A DNA stretch of 32,998 nt from IMG/VR virus record IMGVR_UViG_3300034349_000032, positions 1 through 32,998 of that record. The stretch is one strand, 5' to 3'. Made by a program: the position numbers and the translations under genes. Numbering within the stretch: the first letter of the stretch is position 1; each line of letters begins with the position of its first letter. Shown one piece after another: positions 26,576-32,998 of the stretch. This DNA comes from a virus. Its lineage: Duplodnaviria; Caudoviricetes. Below the pieces are notes generated by a model, which was not told the DNA's origin, did no database searches, and saw only the letters and a list, made by a program, of their open reading frames with translations.

Positions 26576-26973
26576 TTACCCTCCAATAGTTCTGGGTTTT
26601 CGTGTATGTTGCCGATAACTTTAATTTTATCATCTTCAAGATATGATCCTTTCGCCTTTTTTTGGTATTTTGGTTTTAATCTAAACCCTCCAAAGGCAAA
26701 AATAACCTGATAATTTTCTCCGGCGTTAAATCCAGACTCTTCCCAATCGTCAGGTATTGATATAATATCGCCCTCATAAATCTCTTTACCGTTTTTATCA
26801 AGTAGCCCGGTGAATTGTTCGATGATAACATCTATGGTTTCAAGCCATATCCCGCCGTAACCGTCGCGCTCTCTTTTAATACTACCATCGTCTCGAATAT
26901 AAGTATTATCGATATCGCTTATAAATCTTTTCGTTTTATCGTCCCAAGCCCGAAACTTAATTACTCTGTTCAT
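26572..26973 (-). CDS. YopX family protein
   Basis: IKFRAWD, QFTGLLDKNGKEIYEGDI, VIGNIHENPELL. Confidence 0.93.
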   Translation of the reverse strand: MNRVIKFRAWDDKTKRFISDIDNTYIRDDGSIKRERDGYGGIWLETIDVIIEQFTGLLDKNGKEIYEGDIISIPDDWEESGFNAGENYQVIFAFGGFRLKPKYQKKAKGSYLEDDKIKVIGNIHENPELLEGK

Positions 26974-27176
26974 TCTGCCCTCTCATATAACCTGAATAAA
27001 TGTGTTGAGCAGAAATAGTATTCTTTTTTATGAGTACAAATCGCATGAAGCCATTTGCACCATTCGCAAGGTTCCATTACTTCTCCCATCATGTTTGCTG
27101 TTTCAGACTGTAAAGCTTCAACAGCAAGAGCCGTTTTGCGGTTGTGTTTTTCTACGTTTTCGCGAGTATATTTCAT
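26970..27176 (-). CDS. Hypothetical protein
   Basis: ATGA-coupled start after GAGGGG; CEWC...C...C. Confidence 0.65.
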   Translation of the reverse strand: MKYTRENVEKHNRKTALAVEALQSETANMMGEVMEPCEWCKWLHAICTHKKEYYFCSTHLFRLYERAE

Positions 27177-27406
27177 TTTCCCCTCGCTTTCAAAGTACCG
27201 CGTCTCATGATTGCTGTTCCATAACAATATATGTTTGAATAGCTCGTATGTTCAACGCACCACTCCGTTTCAGCTTTTATTTTTTCGAATTGCTCTTCGG
27301 TGAAAGTGTATTCCTCTGGAGCCATCGACGGATCGATTCCGTATTCTTTGTCTACAGGATTACATCCGGCCAGAACTATAAATAACAACATTATTAAGTA
27401 TTTCAT
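27173..27406 (-). CDS. Small lipoprotein
   Basis: MKYLIMLLFIVLAGC canonical lipobox. Confidence 0.75.
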   Translation of the reverse strand: MKYLIMLLFIVLAGCNPVDKEYGIDPSMAPEEYTFTEEQFEKIKAETEWCVEHTSYSNIYCYGTAIMRRGTLKARGK

Positions 27407-27732
27407 CTTTTGCTCCATGCTTCAAAGCTGTTCAGATCCGTAAAAATAGGAATGCCTTTCTTCCTTGCGTATTCGCACTCTCTATCCGCTCCTTTCGATT
27501 CTCCAAGAACTCGGAATACTGCATCGCATTTGTCAATCCAAGCAAGATCGATCTCCATCCAGAAGTCATAATCTCGCTGAGTATGCATATGCTGGAAATG
27601 GTATAATAAAGGGTTAAACGGTATCACGTCCAGATCTGCGAGATAATCAAAGAAGTCCATCGCGGTGCATACGTTTAACGCGACATCTCCTTTTGTGTAC
27701 GGGCATGCAATATAAACAAACTTTTTCATCAT
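27403..27732 (-). CDS. Nucleoside 2-deoxyribosyltransferase-like (DUF4406/DUF1937-type) protein
   Basis: VYIACPY...PFNP...CDAVFRVLGESKGADRECEYARKKGIPIF. Confidence 0.75.
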   Translation of the reverse strand: MMKKFVYIACPYTKGDVALNVCTAMDFFDYLADLDVIPFNPLLYHFQHMHTQRDYDFWMEIDLAWIDKCDAVFRVLGESKGADRECEYARKKGIPIFTDLNSFEAWSKR

Positions 27733-27755
27733 TCTACGCTCCATTTATATTTATT

Positions 27756-28704
27756 TCAACTCATCGCTTTTTTTGGTTTCTCTCCTGTCGCTTCTGACCA
27801 TCTTTCCAGAGCTACGGCAACATAGCCAGCATCTATTTCAATCGCTCGACATTTTCTTCCAGTCTGCTCTGCTGCGATTATGGCCGTTCCGCTTCCTGAG
27901 AATGGTTCATATACAATGTCGCCTGAATCCGAATTGTTGAGATAGGCGTTTGTGTACAGCTCAACAGGTTTCATTGTCGGATTCAATTTCTTTATGGCAG
28001 CGTCCTGATTTCTGAAATTTATCGAGCATCTTATTTTTATCCGCGATCGCTACTCCGTACGGTGGATCTGTGAAAATTACTGTTGCTTTGTCTCCCTGCA
28101 TAACTTTTTCGATGTTTTCCGGTTTTCCTGAATCTCCGCAAAGAATCCGGTGATCTCCAAGAACCCATAGTTGTCCGGTCTTCACTCCCCATTTCTTAGC
28201 AAGCTGATCGGATATTTCTATTTTTGCCTCGGCATCAATATCCGCGTTCGCATCGTCCGGAGTGATATCGTCAAGATCAAGGCCGGGAATATCTATCTCC
28301 GCTTTCAGCTCGTCGAAGTCAAGATCGGTTATGAAATCAAGAAGTTCATCCTGCCGGATAGTTGCATAATGAGAATTGAGCAAGAGAAGCATCTTCTTCG
28401 CATCTTTATGATTTTTGCAATCGATGTATATTGCCGGAAGCTTTGATGGAATAACGTCTCCGTCTATGTCTTCAAGTTCTTTCAGCGCGATTATACGGTG
28501 GAATCCATCCAGCAGAATCATCTCATTTTTCGGATTCTGCCAGATGAAGAGAGGAGTTGCAAAACCGTTCTTCTTGATCGAATTTTTGAGCTTCTGTATC
28601 TGCTCTTTTTTGTACTTCTTGAATTCTTCGCTCTGCAGCGGTTTAACGTCTCTCCATGCTACAGAACCATATTTTTTAATTCGATCTTTGATTGTTGTTT
28701 GCAT
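27756..28704 (-). pseudogene. ParB-like domain + N4/N6 DNA methyltransferase, internally deleted and frameshifted
   Basis: ParB (SIKKNGF, LLDGFHR) plus HRILCGDS...FTDPPYG in one frame; PTMKPVEL...EPFSGSGT...IEID in another; the central part is missing. The ParB-containing ORF 27961..28704 may still be expressed. Confidence 0.8.
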
Positions 28705-28714
28705 TGTTAATCCT

Positions 28715-29128
28715 TTATTGTTTTATTAATTCTCTGTTGCCTTCGGGATATTGCATAATTAATGTCGCTCCTGAAAACGTGTATGCGTACCAAGCCGACC
28801 ATTTATTGAAATCTTCGTATGTCTCAAAATCAAACCATACTTTATAACGGTAATGAGTCATTGTCGCGTCGATCTCTATCTGATACCAGTATGTTATTGT
28901 ATTAACTATAAAGGCTGAGCTGCTGTTGATGACGTATGTATACGCTATCGAAAACTTGTTAGTTCCGTCAAACGTATATTTGAAATTTTCATCCTTGAAA
29001 TTTCCGTAAAACTTGAAGTCATTTATCAGCGTCGGTGATTGATTCGGTGCAAATGTATCTTTCGGATCTTCATTGTAGCAAGAAATGAAAGCAGTAAGCA
29101 TGAATAATAATACTAATAGCTTTTTCAT
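28715..29128 (-). CDS. Lipoprotein
   Basis: MKKLLVLLFMLTAFISC signal II-like peptide; beta-rich aromatic mature domain. Confidence 0.7.
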   Translation of the reverse strand: MKKLLVLLFMLTAFISCYNEDPKDTFAPNQSPTLINDFKFYGNFKDENFKYTFDGTNKFSIAYTYVINSSSAFIVNTITYWYQIEIDATMTHYRYKVWFDFETYEDFNKWSAWYAYTFSGATLIMQYPEGNRELIKQ

Positions 29129-29394
29129 TGTTTTACCTCTTTAAAATTTTTATTAAAATCCTCTTCTGACACAAATCCAAGTTCTCCGGATTGAACGCCT
29201 CGGCACATATAATCCCCAAAGGAACAATCCATTTTTAAGTTATTTTCAAATAGCATAAACAGCCCGGTATCTGTTCGCCTGCATTCAAGTAAAAGATTGT
29301 CTCCGACAATTTGAACTACCTCAATGACGGTTGTGTTTTCTGCGATCTGCAGCGCATAAAATTCCTCCAGGCCGTTAAACAGGTATTTTTTCAT
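29125..29394 (-). CDS. Hypothetical protein
   Basis: 89 aa; GDYMCRGVQSGELGFVSEEDFNKNF resembles a common phage GD..GE...F..Y motif. Confidence 0.7.
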   Translation of the reverse strand: MKKYLFNGLEEFYALQIAENTTVIEVVQIVGDNLLLECRRTDTGLFMLFENNLKMDCSFGDYMCRGVQSGELGFVSEEDFNKNFKEVKQ

Positions 29395-29686
29395 TATGCC
29401 CTCTCACGTATTTATCAAAGACATTCCCGATGCTGAATTCCGATAATACCTGAGTCCGGAGACTTTCAGAGCATTTCTTGTCGACACGGATTCCTTTAAG
29501 ATACGGATAGCAGAATCCATCGATCTTGAAAGTTCCGTACTTTGTTTTTATTATATCTCCTGGTCTCTTGTCGTATTTAATCAAAGCGTATAGATACATG
29601 TAATCATGCATGAACGCTTTTGCATCTTCGATTTGATTATGGAAATATTCTATTGTTTTCTCTATAAGCTCCAAGTTGTTGTTCAT
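29375..29686 (-). CDS. Hypothetical protein
   Basis: 103 aa, packed in operon. Confidence 0.7.
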   Translation of the reverse strand: MNNNLELIEKTIEYFHNQIEDAKAFMHDYMYLYALIKYDKRPGDIIKTKYGTFKIDGFCYPYLKGIRVDKKCSESLRTQVLSEFSIGNVFDKYVRGHNEKIPV

Positions 29687-29687
29687 T

Positions 29688-30014
29688 TCATCCTGCCTTC
29701 TTTGTTTGTGATAAATGAATCATGTTTTCTTTATGCGTTATATATTCGAGATTGATCGGAGCATTGTTGTATCTGTCGCGGTCTTTATGATTGACTTCTT
29801 TTCCTTTCGGGCATTTTCCATAATACGTTTCAGCGACAAGACGATGAACGCAATATGTTTTTTTTAAGCCGTTATAATATATCGATACAGTATGATAGCC
29901 GTTTTGATTCCTGAAAGTCTTCAATGGTTTATTATATTTAACAGAAAGTATTGTTCCGCAAAGAAGCACCTTGTATCGCTCGTTTTTCTTTCCGTTAATT
30001 TGAAGCGTTCGCAT
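29688..30014 (-). CDS. HNH endonuclease (I-HmuI-like/HNH_3)
   Basis: VHRLVAETY...VNHKDRDRYNNAPINLEYITHKENMIH. Confidence 0.9.
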   Translation of the reverse strand: MRTLQINGKKNERYKVLLCGTILSVKYNKPLKTFRNQNGYHTVSIYYNGLKKTYCVHRLVAETYYGKCPKGKEVNHKDRDRYNNAPINLEYITHKENMIHLSQTKKAG

Positions 30015-30807
30015 CGTTATCTCCGCATATTTCAGGATATTGTGCTTGAGCCTTTTCTATCTGAATCACTATATCAATTCTGTAATACTCGTCAACATAA
30101 TTTGCCGGATCGTATCCGTTTTTTAAAGCATGCGCTATGAATAGCGTTTCGTTCCAGTACATGTATTTAGGAACGTTTGCATGCGAAGAATGGCAATCCG
30201 GACATAGCATAATTTTATTGAATTCTTCCTGCAGCAGTTTTCCATATTTGTCGCGATTCGGTTTTGAGTCTTCATAGTAATGATGCTTGTGAACGGCTTT
30301 ATTTCCGCAAAGAGTACAAATAATCTTGCGCTTCATTCTGAGTTTTGCATGCTCTATCAATTCGTCTTTCGTTATATTCAGAAGCAAGGCCATGTATTCA
30401 AATGATCCAGTATAATATCCAGAGGCATCGGCCTGTTCGCACTCCTTGAAAGATATTGATTTGAATTGTATTTGAAGATTATCAAGCCCGGTCTTTTTAT
30501 TCTTGTAATAAAAAAAGCCTTTATACCATCGCTGTTGAATCTTGCATTGATCAGAAACCTTCTCGCGTGAATCCCATGAAAGCTTTGTTTTTTCATCCGG
30601 CCAGTTTTCAGAAACCAGATCGCAGCAAGCCCAATATAAACCGTTCTGAGCAGAGCTCCGTCCTTCTGTTTTTATCTCTCCGCTATTTACCTCTCCCCAT
30701 GCAAGAGATGAAATTCCTTTTTCTGTGCTTTCATCTGCAGCAAGAAGACATTGCTTGCCGATCATATCAGCAGTTATCTTTATTTTGACCAAAGAGACTT
30801 GCATCAC
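29995..30807 (-). CDS. DUF1367/NinB-like domain fused to zinc-binding HNH domain
   Basis: RSSAQNGLYWA...KSISF N-part; CTLCG...HKHH...N..MLCPDCHSSH C-part. Confidence 0.65.
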   Translation of the reverse strand: MMQVSLVKIKITADMIGKQCLLAADESTEKGISSLAWGEVNSGEIKTEGRSSAQNGLYWACCDLVSENWPDEKTKLSWDSREKVSDQCKIQQRWYKGFFYYKNKKTGLDNLQIQFKSISFKECEQADASGYYTGSFEYMALLLNITKDELIEHAKLRMKRKIICTLCGNKAVHKHHYYEDSKPNRDKYGKLLQEEFNKIMLCPDCHSSHANVPKYMYWNETLFIAHALKNGYDPANYVDEYYRIDIVIQIEKAQAQYPEICGDNDANASN

Positions 30808-31004
30808 TCTGCTCCTTTTTGTTTTTCTATATGGTCAAATATTAAACCGCCGAATGCGCTTATTTCAAATCGATGTAGCTCTTTCCCTTCACAAATAACA
30901 GAGCAAGGATAATTCAATCCGCACATGCTGACTGCTGCCCTGACCGCTTTTCTGTAATTTGCGTATTCAACATCGGCAGCGTTTTTATGTCGTACAATAT
31001 ACAT
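30804..31004 (-). CDS. Hypothetical protein
   Basis: 66 aa after AAGGA; overlaps next gene start. Confidence 0.65.
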   Translation of the reverse strand: MYIVRHKNAADVEYANYRKAVRAAVSMCGLNYPCSVICEGKELHRFEISAFGGLIFDHIEKQKGAE

Positions 31005-31011
31005 GTTGTCT

Positions 31012-31191
31012 TTATCCTTTGTAATTTATGTCTTCACTTTTAAGAGCACAAAGGAAGCTTTCAATAGACCATTTACAAGGGAAGCTATTCCATATTGCCG
31101 TTACATATTTTGTTCCAATGTGAACATTTTTCATTCCATTTCTGTTCGCTGCTTGTGTTATTTGTCTTTTTATCAATTCAGTTGTTTTCAT
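31012..31191 (-). CDS. Hypothetical protein, 59 aa
   Basis: Manually translated MKTTELIKRQITQAANRNG...EDINYKG; GGAG RBS; first gene after promoter. Confidence 0.65.
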   Translation of the reverse strand: MKTTELIKRQITQAANRNGMKNVHIGTKYVTAIWNSFPCKWSIESFLCALKSEDINYKG

Positions 31192-31249
31192 ATTTGTTCT
31201 CCGCGTTCGCTCGCCAGCGTTTTAGTTATTTCTTAATAACCATGATCAT

Positions 31250-31277
31250 ATAATAGCGCAGTATATACTTTAATCAA
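31250..31277 (-). promoter_or_regulatory. Sigma70-like promoter with palindrome AGTATATACT in the spacer
   Basis: TTGATT-16 nt-TATTAT with A-rich tract upstream; near copy of the promoter at 479-506. Confidence 0.7.
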
Positions 31278-31322
31278 GCATTTTATTTATTTTTTTAATA
31301 TTTTTTTGCTTTACTGTTTAGT

Positions 31323-31338
31323 AGTTAGTTTACTAACT
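31323..31338. promoter_or_regulatory. Inverted repeat AGTTAGT-TT-ACTAACT, candidate operator
   Basis: Perfect 7-bp arms adjacent to TATAGT (31343-48) upstream of the LexA-like gene. Confidence 0.45.
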
Positions 31339-31376
31339 TCCGTATAGTATTTTATTTTATTTAATACAGAGGCTTT

Positions 31377-31826
31377 ATGATAAAAATTACAGACAGACAA
31401 CAGGAAATTTATAATTATATTGTGCAGCGCATTAAAGAAAGTTATCCTCCAACACGAAGAGAATTAGCCTTTCATTTTGGGATTACAATCAAAGGAGCGC
31501 ACGATCACTGTGTAGCATTACACAATAAAGGCTTTATAATTCTTAAATATAAAGTTGCGAGAGGATTTATAATCCCAAAAAAAGGCCATGTAATTGAAAA
31601 AATAAAGAGATCTTTTGATAGAAAAAGAAAAAACAAAATAGGAGCTATAACTAGAAAACTAAAAAATAAACCAAAGAAATGTTATATATGCGGATGTTCT
31701 AATAAAAGAATAATATTCCATCACCCGGATTATTCTAAAGCAAAAATTACAATTCCTTTGTGTGACACATGCCATCCTAAATTACACAAAATTTTAAGGA
31801 TATATTATAATATTGATCATAATTAA
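31377..31826 (+). CDS. LexA-type winged HTH fused to HNH/zinc-finger domain
   Basis: TDRQQEIYNYI...YPPTRRELAFHFGI...AHDHCVALHNKGFI...ARG; then CYICG...HHPDYSK...LCDTCH..LH; GAGG RBS. Confidence 0.8.
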   Translation: MIKITDRQQEIYNYIVQRIKESYPPTRRELAFHFGITIKGAHDHCVALHNKGFIILKYKVARGFIIPKKGHVIEKIKRSFDRKRKNKIGAITRKLKNKPKKCYICGCSNKRIIFHHPDYSKAKITIPLCDTCHPKLHKILRIYYNIDHN

Positions 31827-31841
31827 ATATTATGCCTTTTA

Positions 31842-32306
31842 TCATATTCTTAAGCCTCTTAATTCATACGCTTTGAAGCATATCTGCCATCCGTATGTCT
31901 GCCAGTGATTATATTTTATTATTTTATAGTTTGGTCCGGCATGATACTTTGCAAGAGCGACAGGAATATCTCCTCCGGTTAAATCAATAAGCTCTTTTAA
32001 ATGAGTTGTTCCGAAATCAAGATTTTTCTTCCAGTCTTTGTAATCTCCATGTACTGGATGGATCTGCATCAATGATTGGGCTTTTGATATTTTATTCTCT
32101 GCCGTCTTGTTGAAATTTGATTCCTTTCGAATTACTGAACACACAAGAGCAGGATCAATTTTCTTTTTAGTACAGTTGTTAAATATCTCTTCCCATACGT
32201 CTTCTTGAAGCTCTGGGAAATATTCGCGCATCTTTTCGAACCCAGTCAGTTTATCCGGAGCATACATCACAATCGAAAGAACTATTGTAATTATTATTTT
32301 AATCAT
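31842..32306 (-). CDS. Lytic transglycosylase (SLT domain) with N-terminal signal/anchor
   Basis: IDPALVCSVIRKESNFN, AQSLMQI, NLDFGTTHL, ALAKYHAGP; hydrophobic MIKIIITIVLSIVMYA. Confidence 0.88.
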   Translation of the reverse strand: MIKIIITIVLSIVMYAPDKLTGFEKMREYFPELQEDVWEEIFNNCTKKKIDPALVCSVIRKESNFNKTAENKISKAQSLMQIHPVHGDYKDWKKNLDFGTTHLKELIDLTGGDIPVALAKYHAGPNYKIIKYNHWQTYGWQICFKAYELRGLRI

Positions 32307-32409
32307 GCGATAGGTCTCGCAGTCTTGACGCTTCATCTGTTATCTTTCTGTAATCAACAAATTCAATGTTCGGTAATTCATTCTTGATTATTGTCGGTTC
32401 TGATAACAT
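32299..32409 (-). CDS. Small hypothetical protein, 36 aa
   Basis: Manually translated MLSEPTIIKNELP...; AAGAGGT RBS; overlaps the SLT start. Confidence 0.5.
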   Translation of the reverse strand: MLSEPTIIKNELPNIEFVDYRKITDEASRLRDLSHD

Positions 32410-32419
32410 AAAACCTCTT

Positions 32420-32659
32420 TTACTGAATAGTGTTTTTCATGCTCTCGATAATAGCTTCAACCTCTTTCACTTCGTCAACAAATAAATCCTCATCATCAAT
32501 GTCGAAAGCGTCTTCTATCCGCTCCAGAATGCAATATATTTTTGAGACTCGGCTGCATATATTATCCCTGTTGCAGCGCGTTTTTAATTCGTCTATAAGT
32601 CCGCAAGACGAATCGACCAGCTCAATTATAATACTTTTTAATTCTTCTTGTTTTGTCAT
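32420..32659 (-). CDS. Acidic helical hypothetical protein
   Basis: Start trimmed to MTKQEELK after GGAG. Confidence 0.65.
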   Translation of the reverse strand: MTKQEELKSIIIELVDSSCGLIDELKTRCNRDNICSRVSKIYCILERIEDAFDIDDEDLFVDEVKEVEAIIESMKNTIQ

Positions 32660-32660
32660 T

Positions 32661-32807
32661 TTAGTAACCGTCTCCATCGTAAGACGTTTCAAATATATCA
32701 TTGCTTAAAGGCAAGTCTATAATATCAATATCTTGCTCTTCACCGCACAATATACATCTTCCATGCCTATCTATACCAACTTCACAACATGATGATAATG
32801 GATTCAT
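32661..32807 (-). CDS. Small Cys-rich protein, 48 aa
   Basis: Manually translated MNPLSSCCEVG...GRCILCGE...; GAGGAG RBS. Confidence 0.6.
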   Translation of the reverse strand: MNPLSSCCEVGIDRHGRCILCGEEQDIDIIDLPLSNDIFETSYDGDGY

Positions 32808-32818
32808 TAGCTCCTCTC

Positions 32819-32947
32819 TTATTTTATATAATTTCTTGTCTTGCTTTCAATATATCTTTTTTTTGTATCTCTCGCGATCTTTATGTTTATTAGAACTGAA
32901 CCGACAGCGATTATTACAGATAAAATACATATTATATAATCAATCAT
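32819..32947 (-). CDS. Small single-TM protein, 42 aa
   Basis: Manually translated MIDYIICILSVIIAVGSVLINIK...; GAGG RBS. Confidence 0.5.
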   Translation of the reverse strand: MIDYIICILSVIIAVGSVLINIKIARDTKKRYIESKTRNYIK

Positions 32948-32998
32948 TATGCCCTCGCGTTTTCGTTAATCATTTTAATTGCAGACTCAAAATATTTC

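Noticed and set aside
27961-27990. Programmed frameshift joining the methyltransferase halves
   Set aside because: No slippery heptamer at the junction, and the central domain would still be missing
31260-31269. Canonical E. coli SOS box
   Set aside because: Does not match CTGT-N8-ACAG; treated as a phage-specific palindrome
244-32708. Many plus-strand ORFs in the track (e.g. 1537-2052, 3669-4067, 14470-14880, 20796-21206)
   Set aside because: They are antisense shadows of well-supported minus-strand genes, with no recognisable motifs
1-32998. Diversity-generating retroelement, CRISPR array, tRNA, integrase/att, invertible fibre cassette
   Set aside because: No reverse transcriptase or recombinase ORF, and no long repeat pair, spaced repeats or cloverleaf seen by eye; a self dot-plot and tRNAscan would be needed to exclude them fully
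1-32998. Stop-codon reassignment
   Set aside because: Core genes are full length in the standard code and TAA, TAG and TGA all end genes

Overview
About 33 kb of a tailed dsDNA phage or prophage (siphovirus-like, HK97-fold head, probably non-contractile tail). Nearly all genes are on the minus strand. From right to left: small early/accessory genes (SLT transglycosylase, three HNH-type proteins, lipoproteins, a broken ParB-DNA methyltransferase, YopX, MazG-like); terminase, portal, MuF, prohead protease, capsid; neck; tail tube, tail chaperone with a -1 frameshift, tape measure, tail tip and fibre; lysis cassette; a second structural cassette (probable head fibre) followed by a glycosyltransferase; then a new promoter and a ribbon-helix-helix gene leading off the left edge. 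The only credible plus-strand gene is a LexA-HTH/HNH fusion. No integrase, att site, tRNA, CRISPR or reverse transcriptase was seen. The most notable signals are regulatory: two early promoters sharing a palindrome, a 12-bp motif before three late modules, a structured intergenic RNA complementary to the tail-chaperone RBS, and a candidate antisense sRNA. All family calls come from motif recognition by eye, not database searches. The host is not determined; lipoproteins and a spanin-like gene suggest a diderm.
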